From contig CDPCPM010000026.1 of NCBI GenBank assembly GCA_976551045.1, forward strand, positions 14,384,001 to 14,448,000: DNA of 64,000 nt. Direction: 5' to 3'. Position 1 is the first letter of the stretch. Each line of letters begins with the position of its first letter. Positions 25,690 through 39,924 of this stretch are shown here, in pieces. The DNA is from Glaucostegus cemiculus. Taxonomy: Eukaryota. Both the position numbers and the translations under genes were made by a program. The notes beneath the pieces were generated by a model, which was not told the DNA's origin, did not search any database, and saw only the letters and a list, made by a program, of their open reading frames with translations.

Positions 25690-27790
25690 CATCTGGTCTG
25701 TAACCTTCTATGCCTTGGCAATTCAAGTGCCCAACCAGATACATTTAGTTTTGAGAGTACCAGTTTCCACCACCCATTCAGGCAGTGTGTTCCAGGCTGC
25801 AACCACCTTCTGAGAGAGAAAGTTCTTCCTCAGATCCTCTCTAAACTTCATATCCTTTACCAGAACCTGATACCTTTTACCATGGGGAAAGGTTTCCCGC
25901 TATCCCTACATCTTATCTTATATCTTATCTATTCCCCTCATAATTTGTATATTTCTATCAAGTTGCTACCCAGCTTCTTCTGCTCCAAGGAAAACAGATC
26001 TGGCCTATCCAATATTCAAGATTCAAGATTCAAGATTGCTTTATTGTCATTGAGCCATTGAGACAACAGAACAACGAGATTTCATTGGCACTCCCATGTC
26101 AGACAATAGGCACAGTACTTAAATATTAAATAAATAGAGAATAAATTAAGTTAGTGTTTACACTGTAGTGTTTACTTGATGTATTAGAGGGAGAGAGAGA
26201 AGAAGCGAGAAAGAACTAGTGCAATCTGTGAAATTTAAAGTCCTTGTTTAAGATTTTCACGGCGTTGGGGAAGAAGCTATTCCTCAATCTGGCCATGGAT
26301 GTGTGGAATGTCCTGAAGCATTTCTTTGAGGGGAGCAGGCTGAAGAGGTGATGGGCTGGGTGGGAAGAGTCCTTAATGATGTTTGTAGCCTTGTTCAGAC
26401 ATCGGGACTCATAAGTGTCCGCCAATGCGGGTAGGCGCACCCCTGTGATCTTCCGTGCCGTGTCAATCACCCGCTGTAGGCCTTTCCTCTCTTTGTTGGT
26501 ACAGCTGGCATACCAGGCAGTGATGCCGTATGTCAGGATGCTCTCTATCGCACACCTATAGAAATTGACCAGGATACCTGTTGGCAAGTTTGCACTATTC
26601 AGCTGCCATAGGAAGTACAGACGCTGTTGCGCCTTCCTGATGCTTAATGTAGAGTGAGTTCCCCAGGAGAGGTCTTCGGTGATGTGAGTCCTCAGGAATT
26701 TGAAGCTTGTAACTCTCTCTACTGCCTCGCCATCGATGAGCACTGGGCCAAGTTCTGTTCTGCTCGTCCTCCTGAAGTCTACCACAACCTCCTTGGTTTA
26801 CTTAGTGTTTAGGATAAGATTGTTGGTAGAACACCAGGCTGTTAGGTTGTGCACCTCATCCCTGTACACAAACTCATCACCGTCGGAGATTAAGCCGATG
26901 ACTGTTGTGTCATCTGCAAATTTAATTATGGTATTTGTACCATGTTTGGGTGAACAGTCATAGGTGAAGAACGGGTACAGGAGGGGACTTAACACACAAC
27001 CCTGTGGCACTCCTGTGTTCAGGGTGATGGTTGAGGATGTATGTCCACCTAACCTCACCATCTGTGGTCTGTTGGTGAGAAAGTCCATGGTCCAGTTGCA
27101 AATTGAGGCATCGAGGCCAAGACTGTGAAGTTTGGAAACAAGCTTGCTGGGGATTACCGTGTTGAATACTGAGCTGTAATATCTTCTCGTAACTGAGCTC
27201 CAAGGCAATATTCTGTTGAAACTCCTTTGCATCCTCTCCAGTACAATCACACCCTTCCTATAGTGTGGTGACCAGAAACATACACAGGATTCTAGCTGTG
27301 GCCTAACCAATATTTTATAAACCACAACATCCCTCCCTACACTTATATTCTGTGCCCTGGCTATGCCTTCTCCACCACCTTATATATCTGTACTGCAAAC
27401 TTCAGGAATCCTTGGACACAAAGCTCTCTCCATTCATCAATACTCCCTAGAGTACTACCATTCATTGTGGATGTCCTAATCATATTGGTTATCCCAAAAT
27501 GCATCACTTGCACTTGATTAAGTTCCATCTGCCGTTGCTCTGCCCTTCTTATCAACTGATCAATATCATCCTGTAGCCTACGACTATTCTCACTATCAAG
27601 AACACTACGGATTTTCATGTTATCTTCAAGCCTACTGATCAGATCTCCCACATTCATATCCAGATCATTAATATATTTACAAACAGCAAAGGTCTGAACA
27701 CCAATCCCTGTGGTACACCACTTGTCACACTCTTCCACCATCAGCTTCTGGACCCTAATACCCAGCCAGTTTTGTACCTAGTTTGCCATC
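25690..27790 (-). mobile_element. CR1 LINE (RT to 3' end) split by a Rex1/Babar insertion; host parts 25690-26015 and 27178-27790
   Basis: YINDLDMNVGDLISRLEDNMKI (~YINDLD..ISKFADDTK), [40 protein letters not shown]. Confidence 0.88.
26016..27177 (-). mobile_element. Young 5'-truncated Rex1/Babar LINE (RT C-terminal half, one nonsense codon)
   Basis: [94 protein letters not shown]. (TTCAAGA)n tail and possible AATAT TSD at 26011-26015 / 27178-27182. Confidence 0.95.
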
Positions 27791-28099
27791 TGGCCCTGCT
27801 ATGCCAATCATAATAGAAATGGTGGTGGAAAAATATGTATTTTCATCTACACTCATCCTTAACAAAAATTTGATTTTTTAAATTCCTTGTGACCATTTAA
27901 TTAATTCCAATGATCTGATTCAATTTCTCAGTTATAATTGACAATTAAACATATAATCAGCATACAGGAATTAATTGGAATTGGAAGACATCTTAAACAG
28001 AAACACACCAGGGTCAATTCTTTTGATTTTTTTTTAAAAAGTGTTAAACAATTAGATTAGACTCAATTACAACCAAGTAAGGATTTAATTTTTTTTTTA

Positions 28100-28900
28100 A
28101 ATATCAGTTTGTATACTAATATTACTACATTGGGCATGATGCAGATCATGAGCTTTACGTTTGTGGCTCTCCCCCGGCAGTGTAAAGTATAAAAATACAT
28201 TAAAAAGTCATATCATAAAGATTAACTATTAATCAGCATGTTTGACCTGTCAGTAAGATTGAAGGATCAGACAGCATTTCTCTTGCATGGTTAAAAATGT
28301 CTTGTTGATGAATCATGTGCTCTGAATTGCTGATCACAAGATCCGAGCTGCACCAAACAATAATGAAACTGTATGTACTACATGTTTTCCTTAACACACC
28401 AATAACCATCCATCTGCTTTTCATGTCGATGGTACTTTACGCCCAAATGTAGCATTGACATTGGCTTTTCCATGACAAATTGGAGTGTGCGGTTATGTGC
28501 AGACTGTACAACTAACTTAGTAAAAAAGTGACTGGAAAAAAGGCAAACCTGTCACATTTTTAATTTATTAAGAAGGGTTTTATAAATCAAGAATGAACTT
28601 TATTCCTTATGGTTTGAAGCTGTAGTCTATAATATGGTCCCCCATGCTGGGATCCAAGAGCATCGCTTCCTGTTTCCCTTCATAATCATCATCAAAGAGA
28701 GGCATCGCGGCTTCAGTAGAGAAAAATCCCTAACTGCCTACATATTTATGTAGAGTTAACAATGTTTTAAAAACATTTCCACATGCCCCAGTAATCAAGT
28801 ATCACACAATGCCCTTTCTTTTTGTGAATTACAAGGCATTTTTAGGAAGGTACTGCTGTAGAGCACATTAGTTTAATTGAAGTGGTCGCACTTTTTCCCA
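28100..28900. promoter_or_regulatory. Putative conserved non-coding element / enhancer block
   Basis: No recognisable TE, CpGs locally retained, Meis CTGTCA (28247) and TGATGAAT (28306) motifs. Conservation not tested. Confidence 0.35.
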
Positions 28901-31505
28901 GTCTGTAATTAACAACATATTGATAATAATCTGTATTCAAAGACTATTATTTCTATACAAATTTCTTTTAAGATTTTGGAGGGAAAGGTAAGAACAATAG
29001 CAATGATTGAAAAATAAACAAATATGTTGTATTGTAATGTAATACTAGCCTAGCAAAGCAATTTAACAAGTAAACTATATCATTAGTCCATTTTTACAAT
29101 TAACTGTAAGATTTGCATTGAAGAAAAGTACATTACATGGTATCGGCTTGAGAGGCTAGTCTCCGGAGCTATTGTTCTCGTCAGGGTCTAGGGAGACAAA
29201 GAAGCAAGGAATCCTCTCATTTAATTTCATTCCAACCAATGTTATGTTTTCCCATTATATGAAAGAAGATGGAAAATAAATAAATAATCCATTAACATTT
29301 GCAATATGACAAGCACAGAAGTATACTGACAACTACATTGATCACTTTCTAATTGATTGGGTTCCAAACTTTTTATTAACATTACGAGACACTTTTGCAG
29401 AACAGGAACCTTGTCATGTCTTTTGTCTGTAGACAATTGAACAGAATAAGCATGTGGTCAGTTTTAGATAATAAACAAACTTGACCATGGTTGGAGAAAC
29501 TTCATATATATTAAAGTTCCTCCAACCTCATTGTCCTTGGAATTACAGAGTTAAAATTATGACAGTGCAAAAATGGTTCCCCATCCTATCATAAATAATG
29601 GAAGGGAGAGAAACTGTGCAATAATGTCACTTCTTTTATTTTTTTTTCAGAGGTAAATCTGTTCAGAGAGAGATATTGTTACAGCTCCTGGTTGACAATA
29701 ACTAAAAGTCACCACTGAAACATTTTGCAGGGACCCAGACTCAAACAAGTACTCTGTTTTCCTAAGTCTGGGATTTTTAATGTAAGCAAAAAAACTCTTA
29801 AAAGCAGCATGATACAGCCACTTGAAGAACAAAGGATTATCGACCAGCAGTTTGCCTGAAGCTGACTTCATCCAATACTCAGTTGGTTACAGTCTAGCAA
29901 TCAACTGTTACTTGGCGTGAATTTATCATTCCTACACAAATAAATTTCCTCTGTCAGTATTTCCACCTAGTTGTAAGTGTTGTTACCTTCAAATTATGTA
30001 TACCATGTAGATAAAGGAAATTCTTTGGCACTTTCAAAAAAAAGAACGAAGCACAATCTGCAAAATAGCATGCCAGCTACTTCAAGTAGTGAAATGTGTA
30101 TCTGTAAAGCATCATTTTTATTAGGACAACTTAAGAAAATCTTCACTGCTTTGAGGACTAAAAAGCAAATATACTATCCTGTAATGGAAAGGGAGTGAAG
30201 GCTTTTAATGTGTGCAATAGCATAGAGGGCCAGCCAAACAACTCAGAAACAGAAGTCCTTTCTGGTACCGAGCCTTAGACTGACTGGTTTTTAGTCGAAA
30301 TATTGTTCCATTACATGAGTCCTTATCAGATTATGTTAGAGGTGAAAGAGTTTTGGCAGCTTTACTTGGCAGGAGTCAATATTCTGTTTTGGAATTGTAT
30401 TATAATAGAGCAGCCAAAGGTCTCCTTTGGAACCACCTTTCAAATAAGAATTTCTGAAGTTCATTTTCTGTAAATGAGCAAAAAGAATGATGCATAATGT
30501 GAAGTATTAGGTACTTTGAAACTAAAGAATAATCAATCAGTTCTGGAGTCTGTCTACTTTATGAAAGAACTCACATTGAATCACAAGACTGTGATTTTAT
30601 AAAAAAAATCTGCGAGGTATAGTTTGGCATGTGTATGCTGCAATAATGGGATCCAGTCTGTGATACAGATTTAGCTATTCAGAATGCAACCATTCATTTT
30701 GCAGACTGCAGTGATTCTATTACCTTGTGATTGTTGCTGGGCATAAATGTTAATTATGAATTCTTCTGATTATGGTATTTGCAATCCAAAGTTTTTTTCT
30801 TTATAATTGATAAGAATCTCTCTATGTCTTACCACCATGCCGACATTTGGATTCAGTCCAGCTTTGACTAGAATCACACTGCAGTCAGGTGTGTGAGAAG
30901 AGTGTCACTTTTAGCAGGAGTGTTCTCTTTTAAACTGACAATCATATTTAAATATCAAAGGCAATAGGTGGAGGGAGGTAATTCTGTCCGTTTAATTAGT
31001 TGCAATGTTATCCTGGTCAAAAGCTATATATTGCGTAGGTGGTGCTAGTGATCTAGAACAATACATAGGCATTTAGGCACAGAAATAAAGATTTAAGAGA
31101 TCAACTCACATCACATGATTCAGGTGAATAAATGGAAAAATAACATTTGCTTTAAGGAAGCTCTTCATGAAGTAAAGATTGTCACAGGCTGCCACAAAAT
31201 CAAAGCTCCTTCGTATCAAGTTCAGACAGTAGAGAAAAAATGTATGGAACTAACTTAAGTAATAAGGTATCATTGAAAGTGAAGAAAGGCAAAGGCAGTG
31301 AACTAAATGGTATGAGTATCCAATTGCTGTTTTATATTCCTCCAGATAAATTTCAAGGCCTCATTTAACTGAGTTGCAATGTTATGCTCTTCTTTGACAC
31401 CACTGTTGCCAGTTTTCCAATCAATTCACTGATTCACTGTATATAGAATTTACAAGTAGGGGACACTTGAGCTGGTTGGTGTTCATGTTACATACAGGTG
31501 ATAAA

Positions 31506-31508
<3 letters not shown>

Positions 31509-31553
<45 letters not shown>
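31509..31553. repeat. (AC)~22 microsatellite
   Basis: Perfect dinucleotide run. Confidence 0.98.
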
Positions 31554-31557
<4 letters not shown>

Positions 31558-33089
31558 AACACATAATAAAGATGTCATGATGTCGCCATTTGATAACTTA
31601 CTTGAAATTCATCCCTAGTCAACAGCAATAAATGCACTATATAGTCATTTGATTATATTGTATACTGCCTTTGAAATTTAGGTGTTAACAATTCATACTA
31701 AATTATCATCCCTATAATCTGTTGGTTGCTCTTTTTGTGTTTTGGTCCCTGCATTTGTACTCTCTGCAGAACTGATTGCAAGGTTTTAAAGTGAAGCAAT
31801 CATTGTTGGACAAGCCAAGATTGTGGGAGCAGATTTGCTCATTCACAACCATTGTTCAGGTTATTTCTTTGCTTTTGGTGATGACCTTTATTTACTTATT
31901 AAGCTGGATGAAGCTTGAATCAAATACAACAAAGGGCTCCCCTTACAGTTCCATGACAATATGAGATCATCATTCTCTCCAAGGCAGATGGATTCTAACC
32001 ATGCCCCAAGAGTGAAGGGATTTTGTTACAAGAAGGGATAATTATACTGCATGCTCCTGATAATACAGTGATCCTGCTTTGATCTGGAAGATATAGCAGC
32101 CAAATTTCTTTTTGGGGAAAAATGTGAAAAAACACCTGAAGGGGTCTTGTGAGAACAAATTTATGGTAGGAATGTGATTATGTGACTTCCTCTTCCTTTG
32201 CTGCTGAGAAAACTTGTATTTTAACAAATAGTTTTGATGTTTAAGTATTATTTTTAACAAGTCAATTCAGACAATCCCTCACATTAAATTATAATGTTTG
32301 ATGAGAACTTTTAATCATAATTGCTTGCATCAACAAATGTTGTTCCTTGTTAAATATGGATACTTTTAGGTCCCTGGACATCCTATTAATATAGAAAACA
32401 TATTCCATAAGTATCATTTGAATCTAACCCAGGTGCAATACCATAAAGGAAAATTTTGTGTTCCAGCATTTTCGTTATGCCTTATAGACCCAATATGGTG
32501 TTTTATGCATCACAAATGCATTCAGAGTATCAGTAGGAACAGATTTCCCTTGTAAGAAAAAATGTGATTTCACTTATTTTATTGCTTAGGTGTAATATAA
32601 TCAACTCAATTAGATACAAATTGCTATTCAATGTCGAAACTACCATTTATCTAATTCATCTAAAACAGGATATTGGGGAGCCACTTTTTAGATTTTTTGT
32701 TCTTCTTCCTCTCCCATGAAAGTGTAGTTCCATAGATTTTATTTGCTTCTTCTGGAAATCACTTTTCTTTCAAAAATGAATGTTCTCAAAATATATCTAT
32801 GACACAGCTCCAGCATTGAATCCATACTGTGGGTTATATGTTAGTAACAAAGACAATGGGATAATGAATCATCTTCATTACTTGGTGGGTGACCTTGCAG
32901 ATCACATCACCTACTCATTGCAGAACCTGGCTGAACGTAATTTCATTGATCTCAAAGGAATGAATTTAGGCTGATACTTCAGTGGACAGGAAATCCACTC
33001 CTCCAGGCTGGTGAGAATGAAACTTTACAATTTTAGTCAAGGCTTACTAAATGGACAAAGACACTTAAAATGCAGGTCTAATGTTTAGG

Positions 33090-33445
33090 GTGGTAAATGG
33101 GGTGGTAATGAAGTGGGAAGCTTTATCCTGGGATGGTGTTGAGCTCCTTACAAATTGTTAGAACTGCACATCCAGGAAATGGGAGAATGTTCCATTATGC
33201 TAATGGCTTGTGCATCTTGGATATACCTTGACAGAAGGTGAGCAATTTCCACAGGATATCCAGCCTCTGAGCTGCTCTTGTATTTATGTGACTGATCCAG
33301 TTGAGTTTCTGGTCAATGATGATCCCCAGAGTATTGATGATGCATGATCTGGTAATGAATATCATGGGCAGTTGGTTAGACTCTCCCCTGCTGGAAATAG
33401 TCATTGCCTGCTACCTTTGTGGCATGAATATGACCTGTCACCTCC
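33090..33445 (-). mobile_element. CR1-group LINE RT C-terminal fragment (same family as 12270)
   Basis: MTISSRGESNQLPMIF..INTLGIIIDQKLNWISHINTRAAQRLDIL. Confidence 0.8.
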
Positions 33446-34019
33446 ACCTCGCCATTTCTCTGCATTCTCCTTCCTTCTGACTTCAATCTCGCCATAGACC
33501 TGTGATTTTCTGCCTATTTTCTCCAGGTCCCAAGAGGTGACTCCCAAATGCTGATCTGTCTCTCCCTCCTTTGCACACATCACTGCAGACTGGTACTATA
33601 GAATTTATGAAATGCCAGCCAGCCAGCCTCTCAGTGGAGCCAGCTGAGAGTGAGAAGTGAAATTCAGAACTGATAATTAGGTGCTGCCATTAACTAGGGT
33701 AGAACCTGAGGGTCTGATGGTAAAGATGCCCTCAGTCATCTTCCCTTTCTACCGCCCCTAAATATCAGGGACTTAGACTTAGTTTCTCACAAATATGTCT
33801 GCTTCTGGGCCAAGTTTTTACAATGTTAGTAGGTATGTAATTTTTAGTAGGTATATAATAACGTAGATTTTACAGCACTATTTCCACAATTTCTATGGCA
33901 TCCTGACATTTGTCAACATTATTGACGTGGAAATGGTAAAAGGCATCACAAGGTTTATTATAGCAGTGTGAATCTAAATTTACATTCATTATATAAAAAT
34001 AAACAACATCCTCCTGCCC

Positions 34020-34062
34020 TAGCCTGTGTTTAGCCTGTGTTTAGCCTGTGTTTAGCCTGTGT
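34020..34062. repeat. 11-bp tandem repeat (TAGCCTGTGTT)x~4
   Basis: Read directly from the sequence. Confidence 0.95.
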
Positions 34063-34914
34063 GTTTTATTTTAAATAAATTATAACATAAGATTAGTTAT
34101 CCACTTAATGAACTTGCTAAGTAACTTAATCCAGCGAAAAGGAGTTGTTTCTTTGCTTAAAAATCAGTTTGGCCCAGAATCTGGACCTTCTGTAGCTTGT
34201 AGCATCGGCAACATTGCATCTCCACTTTTCAGGAATATTTGGGGATAAAAAGAAAACCAGTTGTCTGTCTCAAGCTGAAGAAAGTTTGATCGGAAACAAG
34301 AATATTTTTGCCTTAATGTTGCTGAGTTTAGTTTTGACTTGGCAGATGACTTACGAGTATTTTTTTTTGCTTGTGGAATTGTTTGAGTTTATTGCAGTGG
34401 TACCAACTCTACTCTATGTAATTTTCCACTGTCAGCTCATCACCAAAACATCTTGCCAAACAATCTCACTTCTGGTATGCTGCAGAGATGTCACATATTT
34501 ATATTAAGCAGCAAGAATCATAAGACCCTCTACCTGTTGGATGTGTATACGAACCATTAAACATGACTGAGTTCAAATGAAAACCAAAATACAAAATTTG
34601 TATTTACATTTTAACCCAGCTCTTCTTGTTTGTCGTCCCACCAGATATCCCCTGGTTACTGACCCTTCTGAAACATACTGGCAAAGTAGGAGGGCACTTT
34701 ACTTGTATGGATCAAATAAATAAGCAACCCATCATGCCATACCTTTTATGCCCACATGACCCATGCAGCTTAAAAATCTGTTGCCATTCTGTCATAGTGG
34801 AATTGCTTAGATTCCCTGTGTGCACCAGTTTGGCTCCTGAGTAATGCACTCCACAAGTAGATCTATTTACACCCATCTCGAGGTATGACACATTTCACTG
34901 GGCACTGTATTTTA

Positions 34915-35335
34915 ATGTATTAATTCATCAGATCTGCATATTGCAGGCAAGGCCTGCTTTTCTTGACAAGGCCTAATGTCCCCATGAGAAACTGGTTGTG
35001 AGTTTCCTTTGAACTGCTGCATCCTTTTAATGATGGTAATTCCAAAATACTGTTGGGATCTGTTTCTAAAACATATACCCAGCCACAATGAAGGGAACAC
35101 TGATATATTTCCACACCTAAATGATGTGTGACATGGATGAAAGTTTGCAGGTATGGACTGATAGGTAGCACGCAATATTTATGCTATACATGTGCCAGGC
35201 AATGACCATCCTTGACATGAGAGAACTTAATCAGCTACTCTTGATGTTGATGGCATTGATTTTGCTGAATCCTCGCCACCAACATCCTGGATGTCATCCT
35301 TGACCACTGGACTAGCCATTGTCCAATGGCTGCAT
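34915..35335. mobile_element. CR1-group LINE copy with internal inversion (3' end on minus 34915-35155, RT piece on plus 35147-35335)
   Basis: Left part is the reverse complement of the 12825-13060 type 3' end. Right part (gtgccaggcaatgaccatc..caccaacatcctgg..ccttgacc..ctggactagccat) is the sense RT piece also seen at ~12350-12525. Confidence 0.65.
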
Positions 35336-37739
35336 GAGAATTTAATGAGGAAAAGTGTTTTGGAAACAGCCACCTGAGGTAAATCAGTGGCAGAGCAGTG
35401 GGAGGTAGTCAAGGTGGAGAAGGCCAGATTTCAGACCAAACATGTTCCCATAAAAAAAGGAAAAACTCCCAGATCTGATTCTTTGATGAACAGAATGGTA
35501 GGCTAAAGCAGAAAAATAAATTGATGACACCAACAGAAAGCTGCCCACAGCAGAAAGCTGGAGGAGTATAGAAAGGGCAGGAAGGGTGAGGAAGACAATT
35601 AGAAAGATAAAGCATGAGCAAATATTGACAGGTGAAATGAAGGAAAATGCAAAGATGCTTGAAAAGTGCCTCCAGGAAAAATGGATGAAAAGGAAAGAAG
35701 AGGGCTTCTAGAGACAAAAATTACAGTTTGATCCATATAGTTCCATATGAATACTTTGCCACTGCTTTCATGGAAGAGGAGAATGAAGCAGATATATTTA
35801 GGAGGAGGAATGTGAAAAAAGTAGAATAAACAAATGGAGGATATTTTAAGGTACGAGCATCTTTAGAATCACTATGTGTGCATGAAGTTGATGGACCAAA
35901 TTGTCTCTTTCTGGTCCCTGGTTCTAATCACTTCTCTGCTGTCTGCCAAAAACTGCCAAAGATTCTGCCTTTACAAGATCTGCAAACACAGGATGGAACA
36001 GACACCAACCAGTACAGCATGGAACTTTCTTACTTTCACCAGCTGAAGCTGATCGCCCATATTGGTTGGTAACTAACTCCCAATGCCTACCTTGACCAAA
36101 GGGATTGCATCAATGACTTCCATCTTAGCCTGAGACCTTAATTTAATGGTCTCCTTACAAGATTCCTACAAGTGTTGCATGACTAAACCCCATTAATGCA
36201 TTATCTAGTTTGTACAGCTAACTCTTTGACAACTGAATTATACAATCCCTACAACAGAACTGAAGTTATATATTGCAAATCAACCCAAACATTGTAAAAT
36301 GAGAAAGCGCAAAGCTGCATTACAAACAGAATACAAATCGGCCGATGGTTTATGGCATTTTACTGCCGTGACCCCAAATAGCATAATCCACTTGCTCCTG
36401 TGAGTTATGTGGTCAAGCCACTTAATGACATAAAGCCACAGGATGAATCTGCCTGTGATGTATATACCTTATTTGCCAATTTTAACTTGATAACACTGTG
36501 AATAAATCCTAAACTCTGATTTGTTTTTATGTGGAGTACAAAACATGTCATTTAAAGGTTACAATCTCCCCAATTTTTTTTGTTCCACTGGTTCCAGCAG
36601 CAGAAGAATCTCTGATGCCTTTCCCAAGACTACAAAAGGGAAAGAGGAATTCAAATAACTGAAGCAAGCAAAATGGATCCTGTCAAATAAATAATTCACT
36701 ACTCCCCGATTCTGAATTTGGGAACTGCCCGATAGAAGGACAGGGATTGTCAAAACCAGCACAGCTGCTATAATGTGGTTCTCTACCATACTTGGAGCAT
36801 TTTGAAAAAAGAAAGGTTACTTTGAAGAAAAAGGTTTTAAAACTATGCTAAATATGGTTTGCTAAATCTTTGGGTCATCAACTTGCTACTTTTTAAGAAT
36901 AAAAGCATATTTTTTAAATAGTCATGCAGAGAATTATAACAAAGCAGATCTGCCAAAATATATCATTTTAAGTTTACTGCTTTATATTTTAAAAACAATG
37001 CATTCCCACAGATCAACTATAATGCCAAAAATGAAAAATCCAGTGAGGCTATTAAGTCTGGTTTATAGCAGATGCAGGCATTACTGTTTTATATCACCTT
37101 TCTTCCTTCACTCATCCTGTCACTACAGTTCATGAAATATTATTACAATAATTACATTCAAGAACAACTTACATTATGTTATAGTATGAAAATAACACAG
37201 AGTAAAGCTATGTGGCATAAATGACCAAACCTTTTATCATTTGACCATATTATCCATAAACAATCACGGACTGACTGGAGTAATATGGTGTATTGTGCTT
37301 TGGGACTATTTCACTGTATGCAGATATTTAGGTCATGACAAATTAGCAGTAACTAAGGGAACATGTCAACTCACTTGAGTAAATAACAGGCAGTATTCTA
37401 TAGATTTCACTATTATACAACATTTTATATTATGGAATTAGAAAATGGGTATTGTAATTTTTGAATTGGTTTTCAACAATGAACTTATACACATTATGAT
37501 AATGTTATCATTATTAAGCACCCATAATACCGATATCAGTATAGTTATGAACAGCATTTCTAATTTTGGGAAAAATACAGAAGCTGAGTGTGTCAAATCA
37601 ATTTGATGTGGTCTAATATATACATATAGACATATGTATATTTCACAGTCGTCTACTTACTGGGCAAATATTTAATCAACGTTTTCAGATAAATTCCCAT
37701 CAAGATTCTGATTTCAATTTCCCTCCGCCCTCCAATGAA

Positions 37740-38115
37740 ATGATACAGAAATATCTATAAACATGACTTGAATTTGAGATATTAGAAAGTAGAGGGGTAA
37801 TCTATCTGAGATATTTCAAATAATAAAGGTTTTGTTGGAGTAAATTTCTTCTGATAGGGAGTTCTGATTGAGGGAGCTCAGCCCTGAAATCTTAGATCAT
37901 TCAGTGAAACAAGGACACAATTTCTCCCCAAAAAGAGTACTGGAAATCAGAGACCCATAAAAAAATGTCAAGTGAAATATTCCAGAGTGAGTTTGCTGAG
38001 TTTGTTTTAGAGATAGCCAACAGATTTGCGTTAATAGAGATTTAGCAGAGGACATTCACAATCTGGTCAAATGGTGCAACAAGCTTGAGAGGATGAATAG
38101 CTTACACTGGTTCTT
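37740..38115 (+). mobile_element. Very old CR1 3' end
   Basis: aggggtaatctatctgagatatttcaaataataaagg (RGDLIE.FKI.KG) and terminal caagcttgagaggatgaatagcttacactggttct. Confidence 0.6.
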
Positions 38116-39574
38116 AAGGTGCTGCTTGGTGATTCTTGATGTTTTATTTGACCTTAATTTGATAACCTCCAACTGCTCCCCAACACCACCCACTGCAACA
38201 CCACCCATCCACACACCCTAACACTACAACTCCATCCACCCTCCACCCAACGCCCCCCAAACACACACTCCTGCTAGCTTCACCAAAACACAGTAAGGTT
38301 CTATTTAAGCCTAATTAGATTCAATTCAGAGCACATCCCTAGTTCATCCAAAGGTGGTTTTGCTAATTCTTCACCCATATCTCAAGTGACTATTGCATTC
38401 ACATGAGGGGATTGTTTCACTAACCTCCTGGTGTCAAGTTACTGAATGGCACCAATCACCAGTAATTTAAATGCAATGGGAATAATGTTATGCATTATTT
38501 TTCCTCTGCAAAAAATGCTTCAAGAGATTACATGTGATAATGACCTACATTTAGAAGAGAGAATGTTTTATTCAATCAAGATCATTATTTATGTTATTAA
38601 AAGGCTGACTGAATTCTATCACATTAAACCATGACCACGCCATGAATATCTATGGCTGAAGCTAATTTGCACACAGCTTTCTGATTTTATACTACACAAT
38701 TTTTGAATGCATGACCTTATAAAACTGGAATATCCAGGGAGTCATTTACAAAACTTGTTTGGCATCTACATTCTCTATATTTGGAGCTAGATTATAATGA
38801 AATGACAAAACTCATAAGCAAGTAAATTCAATTCCAGGTTTTTGCTGCATCTTTTAAATTCATGGATATAGTGTTCACACTTTTACTTTATTTGTCAAAG
38901 GTCTCAGAACACTTTGACTGTCAACTTTGCACAATCTTCTTTTCTAACCTAAACTCTCAGTCAGTGCATTTGCATGTAGCGGATGCACTGACATTTTTTG
39001 CATCATTTACATGTTTCTGTGACATCAAAAACATATGTAAACAGTCCTGACTCTTCCTGCCAAGATGGTTTTCTCTGTATCCAGATTTGCAGGCACTCCC
39101 ACCTCCCCCTGATGCTTTCTCCCCCTAGTCTACTCCATTGCATTTTTTGGAAGCTCATGGGCAAGGTTAGATGACCAGCTGCCTTGCTACCATCAATGCT
39201 TCACCTTCCAACAACAGGAAGTAGATGACAGCAGGCTGTAAAACAATTATGAATTCATTTTGCAATTTTCCACATTTATGTGCAACAAAGGTCAGGGGCT
39301 CCCCAGCCAAACTGAGATTTTATTGTTCTGCACAGCAATATTCGACTTCTCCAATGTGCAGTGTCACTATTGCTATCAATACTACTCTCCTATTGTGCTT
39401 TCACCACAAAATAAATAAATATTATCAACTGCAAAGCCTATATTTCCTTTGATTAACAGTGAGTTATTATCTGACTGCATGGAAAATATTTTTGCTTTTT
39501 TATTGTTTCTTGTTTCTTTGCTTTCTTGTTCCCACTGTTCAAGCAGCCTCTCTCAGGCAGAGTGTGATATGTTT

Positions 39575-39917
39575 TCTCATTCAATCACAGGATGTGCGTG
39601 ACAAAGGAAAGGTCGGTATTAATTGCCTCCCCTGATTCCTCTTGAACCGAGTGGCCTGCTGGCTATTTCAGAGGGCAGTTAAGAGTCAACATTGCTGTGA
39701 GTCAGATTCAGGCAAGACCAGATCAGCACACAAGATTTCCTTCCCCCAAAGGACATTATGAAGCAGATGTGTTTTTAATGCCACTCCAGTAGTCTCATGG
39801 TCAAAACTACTGATGTTAGCTTTTCATTCTGGAATTTATTTAATTAATTAAATGTAAACTCCCTCACTGCTGTGGTGAGGTTTGAACTTGTGTTTCTGAA
39901 TTACCAGTCCAGCAACA
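39575..39917 (-). mobile_element. SINE-like element sharing head and tail with the CR1-group LINE
   Basis: Reverse strand: ctggactggtaattcag..agttcaaacctc (B-box-like)..ggaaggaaatctt..ttgactcttaactgccctctgaaatagccagc..cacatcctgtgattgaatg. Confidence 0.8.
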
Positions 39918-39924
39918 ATTTCTC

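Noticed and set aside
34020-34062. Short direct repeats as CRISPR-like arrays (also 2443-2467, 25348-25371, 41149-41173)
   Set aside because: Spacer-less slippage duplications in a vertebrate genome.
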